The notes beneath the pieces are model-generated. The model was not told where the DNA came from. It saw only the letters and a list, made by a program, of their open reading frames with translations, and did no database searches. A program made the translations under genes and the position numbers. A stretch of DNA of 64,000 nucleotides from an uncultured Bacilli bacterium (lineage in GTDB: Bacteria; Bacillota_I; Bacilli_A; RF39; UBA660), in contig CAKOWU010000002.1 in assembly GCA_934129885.1 (NCBI GenBank), positions 76,070-140,069 of the forward strand, given 5' to 3'. This document shows, in pieces, positions 7,819 to 18,168 of this stretch (the stretch's first letter is position 1; each line of letters opens with the position of its first letter).

Positions 7819-8466
7819 ATGCCTTCATGGCCAGTACATATTGCCCTAGCAAAAAAACTTAATAAAGATTTAAAGCTGTCTGACGATTTTATTTTAGGTA
7901 ACATAATCCCAGACGTTCCGAACGGATACATAATACCAAATACAAGGTGTAAGAAAACAAAAAGATTTACTCATTTTAATATTAATAAAGAAAACACTAA
8001 ACCAATTATAAGCATAGAAGATTTCTTAAAAAAATATCAAAATAAATTAAATAATCCCATTATATTAGGATATTATACTCATCTTCTAACTGATAAATAT
8101 TTTAATGATGATTTTCATAAAAAACATGTAAAAAATAAAATTATTATATTAAAGGACGGTACTCCCAATAACACTCAATTTAAAGGCTGGGAACTAAAGC
8201 AAAAAGATTTTAACGTTTTCGGAGACTACCTTACCTTAAATGGTAATTTAGAAAACCCTATATTTCAAACTAAAGATACAAAAAAATTGATTAAAGATTT
8301 ACCCTTCACTTTTCCAAATGAGGATATAACTTTAACCATTAATAAAATAAATTTATTTATAACTAATATTCCAAGTAAACAAACAGATTACCTAGTTTAC
8401 ACCGAAGAAGAACTTATGAATACATTTAATAACTGTTATAAATATATTTTAAAAATTATCAAGTAA
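7819..8466 (+). CDS. Hypothetical metal-dependent hydrolase (zinc phospholipase-C-like N-terminus MPSWPVH)
   Basis: AAGGAAG RBS before the ATG at 7819. W-x-x-H N-terminus and HLLTD motif. Family assignment is weak. Confidence 0.4.
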   Translation: MPSWPVHIALAKKLNKDLKLSDDFILGNIIPDVPNGYIIPNTRCKKTKRFTHFNINKENTKPIISIEDFLKKYQNKLNNPIILGYYTHLLTDKYFNDDFHKKHVKNKIIILKDGTPNNTQFKGWELKQKDFNVFGDYLTLNGNLENPIFQTKDTKKLIKDLPFTFPNEDITLTINKINLFITNIPSKQTDYLVYTEEELMNTFNNCYKYILKIIK

Positions 8467-9667
8467 AAAATCAATTATATTTTTATGAATAATACCTTTC
8501 TGGGAAAAATCAAAAGTATCAGCAGAAATAACATATTTAGGATAATTATCCCCAATATTATTATATACCCCAAATTCTCTATCAATAATATCATCATTTA
8601 AATGGAACGCAACCTGAAAATACTTCTTCTCTTCAAACCTAGTCGCAATAAAATCTATCTCGCCATTTTCTAAAGTGCCAACCTTTACATCGTACCCTCT
8701 AGAAATAAGTTCATTATAAACAATATTTTCTAAATATACTCCCATTTGTTTCTTTCTTTCACTGTTTACTACTTGCCCTAATCCAAGGTCTGTTAAATAA
8801 TATTTATATTTTCCGTTTAAAATTCTTTTGCCTCTTACATCATACCTGTCCGCCTTATGTATAAGAAATACCCTACACATATATTCCAAATAATTATAAA
8901 TAGTTACTTTTGAAACTTCAATATTATCACCAAGCAAATAATTAGAAAGACTTTCCGCCGAAAATGTTTGTGACGGAGTAGTAACTATATATGTAAGTAT
9001 TTTATTAAAAAGATCTAAATCTTTTATCTTAAACCTATCAACAATATCTTTTATAACAATAGAATTATATATATCAGATAAATATGTCCTTATTTGTGGC
9101 TCACTATCTAAAGCAAACCTTTGCGGCATACCACCCCCATAAAATAAAGTCATCAAATTCTTTTGCTAACTCATATTTATCTTTATCACTAATATTTTTA
9201 AGTTCGCATACCTCTTTAAGAGTAAATGGATATATATTAAAATTTACATACCTTCCAGCAATATGTGTCGCAAGTTCTCTAGATAACAAATCACTATTAG
9301 AGCCTGTTATAAATATTGATACACCCTCTCCGTATTTCGCTTTAAATGAATTAACTACTCGCTCCCAACCATCAACATTTTGAATTTCATCAAAGAACAA
9401 ATAATACTTTTCATCATTAACCATTTTACCCTTTACATATTCATAAAATTTTTTAGCATCTAGTATATCTGCATAATCCATAAACTCAAAATTAATATAA
9501 ATAATTTGACTTTCCTTAACCTTCATTTCTTTTAACTCGTCCATTATCTGGCTTAATATAACAGACTTTCCTGGTCTTCTAATACCGGTTAATACTTTAA
9601 TTAAATCTTGATTATAAAAAGGTCTTATCTTCTCCAAATACTTTTTTCTCTTTATCGCTTTGCTCAT
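8449..9667 (-). pseudogene. Frameshifted AAA ATPase (AAA_14 plus DUF4143 type)
   Basis: N-terminal ORF has P-loop GIRRPGKS and the C-terminal ORF is DUF4143-like. The frames join at a G-run near 9140-9160 (..DDFILWGW.. versus ..LFYGGGMPQRF..). Confidence 0.7.
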
Positions 9668-9780
9668 CTCCTATGTACATTATATCCAAATCATTTTTGT
9701 TTATCAATTTGGTATAGTACACTGTACAAAATTACTTTTTTAACCATTTTTGTTTACTACAAAAAAATAGAGAGGGCTCT

Positions 9781-10497
9781 CTATTTTGGTATTCTACCTA
9801 CAGTATCATTATAACTAGTTAAAAGTTCAGACTTTTTAAATACAACTTTACCATCTTTAACATCCCAGTTATCTTTATTATCTTTAAGTAAATTCAAAAC
9901 ATCCTTTTGCACCGCAAGTACATTCTTAATAGCGTCCGCCGTAACCTTTGTACTCTTATATCCATTTTCAAATGCAGTAGTCGCTGGAGTACCAAGCATA
10001 AGTTCTTTATAAAGGGTTATATAGTGATTACTTAAATCTTTGTCATCTATATTCTTCATTATTTGCTTTTCCTTAGCCATTGTCTCTAACTTCTTTAAAG
10101 TATCATTAATAGTATTTTCTGTATTACTAATATAAATGGTAGAGTTATTAAAGTCTTTGCCATCATTAGTGTAATTGTCCGCAGATAAAATAGATGTAAA
10201 AGTTTTGTCTATTTTTATTTCGTCTATTTTAGAAGACGTACTCGCATACTGTGCAATATACTCCTTTATAGAACTTTCTACAACTGCATAATTACCTTTA
10301 GTTTTAGCCTTATTATCATATGAATAAGAAGTAATATCACTATTTAATAAAGCATAAACTTCACTTTTTAAAATATTCTCTTGTTTCGTACTATTATATA
10401 ACATTACACATAAAACTGCCATAATAACAACTGCCAAAGTAATAATCGTTATTAAAACTTTTGTCTTATTATTAATTTTTATTTTCTTTTTAGCCAT
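9781..10497 (-). CDS. Membrane-anchored hypothetical protein
   Basis: 238-aa ORF with an N-terminal TM helix and no recognisable motif. Confidence 0.5.
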   Translation of the reverse strand: MAKKKIKINNKTKVLITIITLAVVIMAVLCVMLYNSTKQENILKSEVYALLNSDITSYSYDNKAKTKGNYAVVESSIKEYIAQYASTSSKIDEIKIDKTFTSILSADNYTNDGKDFNNSTIYISNTENTINDTLKKLETMAKEKQIMKNIDDKDLSNHYITLYKELMLGTPATTAFENGYKSTKVTADAIKNVLAVQKDVLNLLKDNKDNWDVKDGKVVFKKSELLTSYNDTVGRIPK

Positions 10498-10508
10498 ATC
10501 AATTCCTC

Positions 10509-10823
10509 CTAAAAGCTAACTGGATTACTCATAATATCAATAATTTTATCAAAATTATCGTCTTTCGCCATAATATTCTTCCGCACACTCCCGCACTTAT
10601 CACACCTATATATTATCTTGTAAGTGTTTTTAAATTTTTCTACCGCAATAGGGATTAAAGTACCATGGCAAGTCTCTAACCTATCCCCAGGATTTATATC
10701 TACATGTTTAGATGATAAACATTTTGGACAATGATCCCTCGCGCTATAGCCAAGAGGCTCTACTTTTCCTCCACAGACTTCACAAACAAAACTTTCATCG
10801 ATCATTTTAAATCTTTTTTCCAT
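10509..10823 (-). CDS. RNHCP-domain zinc-ribbon protein
   Basis: CEVCG...RDHCPKCLSSKH...CDKCG pattern. Confidence 0.7.
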   Translation of the reverse strand: MEKRFKMIDESFVCEVCGGKVEPLGYSARDHCPKCLSSKHVDINPGDRLETCHGTLIPIAVEKFKNTYKIIYRCDKCGSVRKNIMAKDDNFDKIIDIMSNPVSF

Positions 10824-10942
10824 ATAAGTATTTTATCACATAATCTACTTTTATTAAAGAGAATGCCTTTTAATTTTTTAGGGCGTGTGAATTTCGAGTG
10901 AAAATGTCTCTATTGAAAACGCAAACAAATTATTGGCAAAGG

Positions 10943-11428
10943 CTAATCTTTAGTAAGTTTACCATTAAAACATAGCTCCTTTTGTCCATCCTTGTATAAA
11001 CCATTTACAACTTCTATCAACTGCCAATCGTATTTATTTATAATCGATTTAAACATTGGAAGTTTATAATCCGCTAGAGTTATAAATGGTTTTGTCGTAC
11101 CTAAAAACTCCATTGAAGCCTCAAGCAACATCGTTCCAATTCTTTTTTTTCTAGTGCACTTTGACACATATAAAGTACATAGTTTTCTCTCTTCATCATC
11201 TTTTTTTAAAGAAGACACTGCCACTATCTTATTTTTATCTCTTATAAAAAGTATCTCACCACCAGAAGTAAAAACTCTAGGTATTTGTTTACTAAAATAC
11301 CACTCTTTATAATTTGGATAATCTCCGCAAGCATCTTTTGTAAAATCATATATTTCATTACACAATTTTTCAAATTCTGTTTTTTTTAAAATACCAATAT
11401 AACTTTTTAAACTCTCTACCTTTAACAT
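10943..11428 (-). CDS. GNAT-family N-acetyltransferase
   Basis: 161 aa with acetyl-CoA motif RKKRIGTMLLE. Confidence 0.6.
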   Translation of the reverse strand: MLKVESLKSYIGILKKTEFEKLCNEIYDFTKDACGDYPNYKEWYFSKQIPRVFTSGGEILFIRDKNKIVAVSSLKKDDEERKLCTLYVSKCTRKKRIGTMLLEASMEFLGTTKPFITLADYKLPMFKSIINKYDWQLIEVVNGLYKDGQKELCFNGKLTKD

Positions 11429-11705
11429 TGTAATGTCTCCTTTAATTTAATTTTTTTTGTAATAAACCACTTAAAAATAAATACATATACATTTTTGTGT
11501 GGTTAAAAAATAGGTTCAATTTTAATAACTAAAACCTCATTTTTCCAAATGTGCTGTCTTTTCTCGTCATTAAGTCTAATTTCAATCCTTTTAGTACCAT
11601 TACTTAAAGTAAAATCATTTTGGTTGTAACATCATTTATTGAACATACTTCTTCATCTTTCACTTAAATTTTATCACAAAACTAAAAAAGAAAACAGGAG
11701 CACTC

Positions 11706-14441
11706 CTATTTTCCATTTACAACTTCATTACAGTGTGTACATATACCACCAGTTATCTCAAGTTCATCGAAGTAATTCCAGCATCTTTCGCATCTAATAC
11801 CTTCAAACTTCTCTACCTTAACCATACAGTTGTCATATTTAGTAAACTCATTCGTACTTAAAACAACATCAGAAACAATTAATAACTGTTTTAAATCCGG
11901 TAATATATCATGAAGCATCTCTTTATCTTCTTCTCTTAAATTCAAATAAACCTTTGCCTCTAATGACTTACCAATAATCTTTTCACTTCTTGCCTCTTCA
12001 AGAGCCTTATAAACATCGTTCTTAATGCCAAAGAAAGCGTTCCATTTTTCCTTCAATTCTTCTTTCTCTTTATAAATTAAAACTTCTGGGAAACTTTCTA
12101 AATGAACAGATTCTTCCTTTCTATAAGGCATAAATTTATAAACTTCTTCACTAGTATAAGGAAGTACTGGAGCCATAAGCCTTACTAAATTATAAATAAT
12201 TTCATATAAAACAGTCTGAACACTACGTCTGCGAACACTGTCAGCCTTATCTATATATAAAATATCTTTAGTAAAATCAAGGTAGAAATTAGATAAACTA
12301 GATATATAATTATTAAATAGCTTGTATATCTCATCAAAATTATAATCATCATAATTCTTTCTAATATTCTTTACAAAATCATTTAAATTTACAAGCATAT
12401 ATTTATCAACACTAGAAAGTCTGTCATAAGCAATCTTATCTTTTTTAGGATTAAAATCAGAAATATTACCTAAAATAAATCTATAAGTATTTCTAATCTT
12501 TCTATAACTCTCTTTAACTTGCGTAAGAAGTTCACTACTAAACCTAACATCTTCTGTAAAGTCAACACTAAGAGCCCAAAGTCTTAAAATATCAGAACCA
12601 TGTTTTGATACAATGTCCATTGGAGCCACTACATTACCAATAGACTTACTCATCTTAAGGCCCTTACCATCTAAAACAAAACCAGATGATAGAAGTTCCT
12701 TATATGGGCTTTTACCAAAAGCCGCAACACTACAAATTAATGAAGAATTAAACCATCCTCTATATTGGTCAGAGCCCTCAAGATAAATATCGGCAGGATA
12801 ACTCATACCTCTTTCCATAAGTACTCCCGCAAATGAAGTTCCAGAGTCAAACCAAACATCCATTATATCAGTTTCTTTAGTAAATTTACCATTCGGAGAT
12901 GCTGGATTTGTATAACCCTTTGGTAATAAATCTACCGCATCCTTTTCAAACCAATAATTAGAGCCATGTTCTCTAAATAACTTTGAAACATGCATCATAA
13001 CATCATAATCTACTATTTCAGAGCCATCTTCATTATAGAATATTGGAATAGGTACACCCCAAGCCCTTTGTCTTGAAATACACCAGTCTCCTCTGCCCTC
13101 AATCATATTACGAATTCTAGTCTTACCCCATTCAGTATGGAATTTTATCTTATTATCAATTTCATTTAATAAATCATCTCTTATCTTATCCACACTACAG
13201 AACCATTGCTTTGTTGCTCTAAAAATAATAGGCTTTTTAGTACGCCAATCATGTGGATATGAGTGCTTAATAAACTTAAGTTTAAGTAGATAACCATTTT
13301 CATCTAACCAACCAGTTATAGCCTTATTCGCGTCTTCAAAGAATAAACCCTCAAACATACCAGACTCTTTATTTAAAGTACCGTCATCATCAACACCATT
13401 AACCATATCAAGGTTACAGTTCTTACCAACAATAAAGTCATCCTCACCATAAGCAGGTGCCGTATGAACAAGTCCAGTTCCAGCTTCAGTTGTGACATGA
13501 TGTCCAATAACCACAGGGCTAATTCTATCCATAAATGGGTGTTTATAAGTAATACCTACTAAATCAGTACCTTTAAAAGTATTTAAAGTCTCATACTCAT
13601 CAAAGCCAAACTCTTCCATTAAGCCTGAAACAAGTTCTGTTGCGACAACGTAGTTAGAACCATTACTTTTTATAAGAGAATATTCTAGATTTTCACCTAC
13701 ACACACGCCAGTATTTCCCGGTAAAGTCCATGGAGTAGTTGTCCAAATAACAAGTTTATCTCCAGCACTTACAAAATCATTACCTTCTTCTACTGTAAAA
13801 GCTACAAAAACTGAAGGATCTTTTCTGTCCTTATACTCAATTTCAGCCTCCGCAAGTGCAGTTTCTGAAGAAGGAGACCAATATACTGGTTTTAATCCCT
13901 TAAATATTAAACCTTTTTTAGCCATTTTAGCAAATATCTCAATTTGTCTTGCCTCATATTCTTTTTTCAAAGTTATATAAGGATTATCAAAATCTCCCAT
14001 AATATTAAGTTTTATGAAATCATTCTTCTGCTTATCTACTTGCTTTAAAGCATATTCCATACATAACTTTCTAAAATCTGCGACGCTCATTTCTTTTCTG
14101 TTTACACCACTATTAGTAACCGCCTGTTCAATAGGAAGACCATGAGTATCCCATCCAGGAACGAAGTCTACAAAATAGCCTTCCATCATCTTTGAACGAT
14201 TTATAAAATCCTTAAGAATTTTTTGAAACGCATGACCAATATGAATATTTCCGTTAGCGTATGGTGGACCATCATGTAAAACAAAAGGTTTATTACTTTT
14301 ATTTTTCTCTTTTATCTTATTATATAAATCCATCTCTCCCCATTTTTCTCTCTGTAAAATCTCATTCTCTGCGAGATTGCCCCTCATTTTAAACTCTGTT
14401 TTTGGCATTAATAAAGTATCTTTATAATCCATTTCTCTCAT
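11706..14441 (-). CDS. ileS: Isoleucine--tRNA ligase
   Basis: 911 aa with HIGH (NIHIGH), KMSKS and a C-terminal zinc ribbon CERCW...CTHC. Confidence 0.97.
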   Translation of the reverse strand: MREMDYKDTLLMPKTEFKMRGNLAENEILQREKWGEMDLYNKIKEKNKSNKPFVLHDGPPYANGNIHIGHAFQKILKDFINRSKMMEGYFVDFVPGWDTHGLPIEQAVTNSGVNRKEMSVADFRKLCMEYALKQVDKQKNDFIKLNIMGDFDNPYITLKKEYEARQIEIFAKMAKKGLIFKGLKPVYWSPSSETALAEAEIEYKDRKDPSVFVAFTVEEGNDFVSAGDKLVIWTTTPWTLPGNTGVCVGENLEYSLIKSNGSNYVVATELVSGLMEEFGFDEYETLNTFKGTDLVGITYKHPFMDRISPVVIGHHVTTEAGTGLVHTAPAYGEDDFIVGKNCNLDMVNGVDDDGTLNKESGMFEGLFFEDANKAITGWLDENGYLLKLKFIKHSYPHDWRTKKPIIFRATKQWFCSVDKIRDDLLNEIDNKIKFHTEWGKTRIRNMIEGRGDWCISRQRAWGVPIPIFYNEDGSEIVDYDVMMHVSKLFREHGSNYWFEKDAVDLLPKGYTNPASPNGKFTKETDIMDVWFDSGTSFAGVLMERGMSYPADIYLEGSDQYRGWFNSSLICSVAAFGKSPYKELLSSGFVLDGKGLKMSKSIGNVVAPMDIVSKHGSDILRLWALSVDFTEDVRFSSELLTQVKESYRKIRNTYRFILGNISDFNPKKDKIAYDRLSSVDKYMLVNLNDFVKNIRKNYDDYNFDEIYKLFNNYISSLSNFYLDFTKDILYIDKADSVRRRSVQTVLYEIIYNLVRLMAPVLPYTSEEVYKFMPYRKEESVHLESFPEVLIYKEKEELKEKWNAFFGIKNDVYKALEEARSEKIIGKSLEAKVYLNLREEDKEMLHDILPDLKQLLIVSDVVLSTNEFTKYDNCMVKVEKFEGIRCERCWNYFDELEITGGICTHCNEVVNGK

Positions 14442-14451
14442 CTCCTCATAA

Positions 14452-14660
14452 CAAAAAAAGTCCTTAAATCTTAAGGACGAAAAAATCGCGGTACCACCTT
14501 ACTTTATAGATATAAATCTATACACTCAAAACTATAACGCGTTACCGTTCATCCCTACTTAAATTTTAGGAAAACACATCAAGAGTGATCCATATATTAA
14601 TGATTTATTAGTTCACACCAACCACTAATTCTCTGCGAAATCTATATAATATAACGTCTC
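14452..14660 (-). promoter_or_regulatory. T-box leader of ileS (candidate AUC specifier at 14587-14589)
   Basis: AAGGUGGUACCGCG (14487-14500), then terminator GUCCUUAAGAUUUAAGGAC plus a U-run immediately upstream of ileS. Confidence 0.8.
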
Positions 14661-14671
14661 TATCAACTGTT

Positions 14672-15127
14672 TTAAAGTTCCACTTTTTCAATTTCATCAA
14701 TAACCTCAAGTTGTTGCTCTACAATGTTTTTAAGCCTTCTTTTAAATACTGTAACATTTCTTTGAAGTGTCATCGCATCATTTTCAATCTTTTCTGCTCT
14801 TTGTAACGCCTCATTAACTATTCTACTAGCGTTCTTTTTAGCGTCATCAAGCATAATCTCACTTTCCTTATGAGCCGCAACTTTAAGTTGATCGGAAGTC
14901 TTTTGTGCCATAATAATTGCTCTATTCAAAGTATCTTCCATTCTTTCATATTGGGCAAGTCTTTCCATGACCTCAGGATTGCCTTGATTTTTCTTAAGTC
15001 TTTCAATCTCTTTATCTTTAGCGTTTATCTCTGAAATCATCTCTTCAATACGTGTAATGATTTGATCTAAAAAGTTATTAACTTCTTCTGGATCATAGCC
15101 CCTTAGTACACGATTAAATCTTTCCAT
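14672..15127 (-). CDS. divIVA: DivIVA-domain cell-division protein
   Basis: N-terminal F-x-x-x-LRGYDxxEV motif, coiled coil, position upstream of ileS as in Bacillus. Confidence 0.85.
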   Translation of the reverse strand: MERFNRVLRGYDPEEVNNFLDQIITRIEEMISEINAKDKEIERLKKNQGNPEVMERLAQYERMEDTLNRAIIMAQKTSDQLKVAAHKESEIMLDDAKKNASRIVNEALQRAEKIENDAMTLQRNVTVFKRRLKNIVEQQLEVIDEIEKVEL

Positions 15128-15186
15128 AATATCGCATCCTCACACGTGCATCTTATTATAACACACTTTTCCTTTTATTTCTATAC

Positions 15187-15585
15187 TTACCACTCAATAT
15201 TTATATCATCATTATCATGGATGCCTTTACCATTTGTATCGCCAGTAATTTCGCCTTGAACACTGATATTGTCAGGAGTACACAAGAATATTCCGCCACC
15301 TATCTTTTGGATTTTTCCATTAATAGCGTATATAGTTCCACTTAAAAAGTCTACTATTCTCTTTGCTTGATCCGGAGTAACCCTTTTCAAATTAACAACA
15401 ACAGTATTTCTCTTCTTCAAATGATCGGCAATTTGTTGTGCTTCAGAATAAGCTCTTGGCTCTAATAGTATCATTTTAGCACTATCATCACTTAAAGCTG
15501 CTTCCTTTTCAGTTTCATAATATTTTTCAGTAGAACTGTAAGTTGGATCTTCGTCTCCATTAAATAATCCAGTTAATATACCCAT
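15187..15585 (-). CDS. sepF: Cell division protein SepF
   Basis: 132 aa with the conserved C-terminal domain ([16 protein letters not shown]...VVNL). Confidence 0.85.
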   Translation of the reverse strand: MGILTGLFNGDEDPTYSSTEKYYETEKEAALSDDSAKMILLEPRAYSEAQQIADHLKKRNTVVVNLKRVTPDQAKRIVDFLSGTIYAINGKIQKIGGGIFLCTPDNISVQGEITGDTNGKGIHDNDDINIEW

Positions 15586-15703
15586 AATTATCCTCCTTCA
15601 TGTACTTTAAAAAATGTACAATCTGCTATAATTAATTCTAACATAACTTTTATAAAAATAAAATGTTTTTTTCATATATTTACAAAATAATTGTAAACTT
15701 GCG

Positions 15704-16387
15704 TTAATTATCGTCATCTTCTTCCTTTTGTCTCTTATATCCGACATAAAAAACACCAGGTTCCATAGTTAAACAAGTTATAACATGTTCAATATCAGAA
15801 ACTTCATCCGCTGATATCTCTGAAGATATTTTTATCTTATCTTTTTCTTCTGTTTTAGAAGTGCTGATAAGCCTAATATCTGTATCATCAATATTTTGAG
15901 CCACCAAAGTCCTTATTTCTTGTTCTCTCTCAGGTGAAATCACCACTGTAAGGACATACTTCTTTGTACTTTTTTTATCACTCATAGCAATTATCTTACG
16001 TGTAATATATCTAAGGACAATATTAGCGCATAAAATTAAAAACGTTCCCGTAGTTGCCTCTACTAAATAACCAGTCGCACATAACACCCCGATAGCGGCA
16101 TTACACCATAGTGTAGCGGCTGTATTAAGACCTCTTATATTAGCACCATCTTTAATAATTACTCCAGCACCTAGAAAACCAATACCACTAATAATTTGTG
16201 CTGCTACTTTTGTATCCCCGACTGCCCCAGACATCGTAGGCATAGAAGCAAATAAAAATGAGCCTAAGCACACAAGTACATTGGTACGGAGCCCAACTGC
16301 TCTCTTACGCCATTGTCTTTCAAGACCAACAACGAAACTTAAAAATAAAGCAATACTGATTCTAATTAAAAAATCTACATAATCCAT
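15704..16387 (-). CDS. MgtC/SapB family membrane protein
   Basis: 227 aa with GLERQ motif and 4-5 TM helices plus a C-terminal soluble domain. Confidence 0.8.
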   Translation of the reverse strand: MDYVDFLIRISIALFLSFVVGLERQWRKRAVGLRTNVLVCLGSFLFASMPTMSGAVGDTKVAAQIISGIGFLGAGVIIKDGANIRGLNTAATLWCNAAIGVLCATGYLVEATTGTFLILCANIVLRYITRKIIAMSDKKSTKKYVLTVVISPEREQEIRTLVAQNIDDTDIRLISTSKTEEKDKIKISSEISADEVSDIEHVITCLTMEPGVFYVGYKRQKEEDDDN

Positions 16388-16571
16388 ATATCGACCTCCT
16401 AAATAAGTGTTATAGAAATTACATTTTACTATATATATTATTAAGTGTCAAGGTAAAATATGTAGGAAAAAATATCTCAAAAATATTTTTGTTACTACGC
16501 AAATAAAAGAATAGAAAAATACAATAATATTTGCCTATAACTTTTCTATATTAATTGTTAGCCATTCCAGT

Positions 16572-16757
16572 TTACTGTAGCATTTTTACCAGCATACTAT
16601 TAAGTTTTGTATAATTAATACTCTCTTCTTCTTTTCTTCCATATATAAAGACAGCATAATCAATGGATAGACATAATAGCGCTGCTAACAAACAAAATAC
16701 TATTATTCTCTTTTGCTTTTTTGCATCTTTTCTACGTAAATGTTTCCTGCATTTCAT
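16572..16757 (-). CDS. Small membrane protein with the same upstream box and signal-anchor style as the large paralogs (possible truncated family member)
   Basis: 61 aa: basic N-terminus, one TM, IDYAVF motif. The conserved upstream box lies at 16801..16860. Confidence 0.4.
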   Translation of the reverse strand: MKCRKHLRRKDAKKQKRIIVFCLLAALLCLSIDYAVFIYGRKEEESINYTKLNSMLVKMLQ

Positions 16758-16800
16758 ATCATGTCCCTTTATCTTATGAAATATATTTTATTATTAGGTG

Positions 16801-16860
16801 AAACACCTAAATTATCCTATTGCTGTTATGGTAATAATATCAAAAAATAATGGTAACGCA
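16801..16860 (-). promoter_or_regulatory. Conserved upstream box, copy 3
   Basis: AAACACCTAAATTATCCTATTGCTGTTATGGTAATAATATCAAAAAA, about 42/50 identical to copy 1. Confidence 0.45.
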
Positions 16861-16891
16861 AGTACCGTATGTGCAGGTTACCTATTTTTGT

Positions 16892-16922
16892 TAATAAAAA
16901 GCATTAGATTTTTGTCTCTAAT
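16892..16922 (-). terminator. Terminator module shared with 18121..18149
   Basis: ATTAGA-N8-TCTAAT hairpin with a minus-strand T-run. About 30 nt nearly identical to the second copy. Confidence 0.5.
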
Positions 16923-16966
16923 ACTCTAGCGGCCCTTTCTGATAAATCAATTGTCTTATTAAAATA

Positions 16967-17890
16967 TTATTTTTCTATTTTCAATTCTTCAATTTCATTT
17001 TCTGATAAACCCGTGCACTTAATGATAATTTCTAACGGTAAATGCTCCTTTAGCATATTTTTGGCTACTTTCTTTGCGTTTTCTAATGCGCCAACTGTCT
17101 TGCCATGTTTTTCGCCATTAATGTATCCCTCTTCTTGTCCAACTTCTTTACCATTGGCAAAATAAGTATTTCGGGTTTTCTCCTCATCTTCCTCTTTTGA
17201 CATAAATTCTATGAAGTCAGAATCATTGTTAATCTCTTTTACACTCTTTACAAACTCTTTCATAATCTTATCTCCGTTCGCACTTAATCTCTCTAATTCC
17301 TCTTTACCTAATGCAAGCATCGCTACATGGAAGTACTTGCTGTTACCATTATTATACCATGCCTTAAGTATTTTAGACCCATTAAATTCGATTATCTTGA
17401 ATTTGGTCGAGTATTCAAGGCCGGTTTCTTTATCAGTAAGAACGTATACGGCTTTTTCAGGATAGTGCTCTGGCAGGCCATAAGTAAAGTTTATGAGTAT
17501 TGCTTCATCTACATTTTTATAATCACTTCCTGACTTTATAACATTAGAGAATAAAGCACAAAGATATGAAAGTCCTTTCTCATGCTGACCATCATAAAAA
17601 GATGAGTTCATTTCTAAAATGGCATGTCTACCGCCTTCCAAAGTAACCATAACATCTACTCTTTGTTTTTTTGTCCACACGCTTTTATAAGGTAATTCTA
17701 AAATATTGGAATTAAGCACAGTTACCTTTTCTTCCATAGACATATCTAAATAATACTTTAATAAGTTCCTTCTTCCTACAAACATAGCCTTAAATACCGA
17801 GTCCGCTAGTGGTTTATAGAATACTGTTCCATCTGGCAACACCTCCTTTGTTTGAATATTTTTTGTATCCATTTTTTTCACATTGTTCAT
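16967..17890 (-). CDS. Rpn-family recombination-promoting nuclease / putative transposase (PD-(D/E)XK)
   Basis: 307 aa with N-terminal DSVFKAMF motif and a C-terminal helical tail, typical of YhgA/Rpn-like proteins. Confidence 0.7.
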   Translation of the reverse strand: MNNVKKMDTKNIQTKEVLPDGTVFYKPLADSVFKAMFVGRRNLLKYYLDMSMEEKVTVLNSNILELPYKSVWTKKQRVDVMVTLEGGRHAILEMNSSFYDGQHEKGLSYLCALFSNVIKSGSDYKNVDEAILINFTYGLPEHYPEKAVYVLTDKETGLEYSTKFKIIEFNGSKILKAWYNNGNSKYFHVAMLALGKEELERLSANGDKIMKEFVKSVKEINNDSDFIEFMSKEEDEEKTRNTYFANGKEVGQEEGYINGEKHGKTVGALENAKKVAKNMLKEHLPLEIIIKCTGLSENEIEELKIEK

Positions 17891-18120
17891 AAACTTATCT
17901 TCCTCCTTTCAAAAAATGAATACAGTCCTTTTTTATTCTTGCACTACTCCATTAATAAATATTAGTCTCTTTTTTCTCTAAATCACCTCTCCCCCCCTCA
18001 CTAGTAATATACAACGTAAGTGGGGCAAATTACTTCTTCAACTTGCAAACTTTTTATATTTTTTCACTGTTTTTGCATTTTAACTCATATTTTAGATATT
18101 TTTACTTTTGGTGTAGATAA

Positions 18121-18149
18121 CAAAAAACATTAGATTTCTGTCTCTAATG
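18121..18149 (-). terminator. Terminator module (second copy)
   Basis: CATTAGA-N8-TCTAATG 7-bp stem with a minus-strand T-run. Confidence 0.55.
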
Positions 18150-18168
18150 TCTAGTTATTAAAATATTT

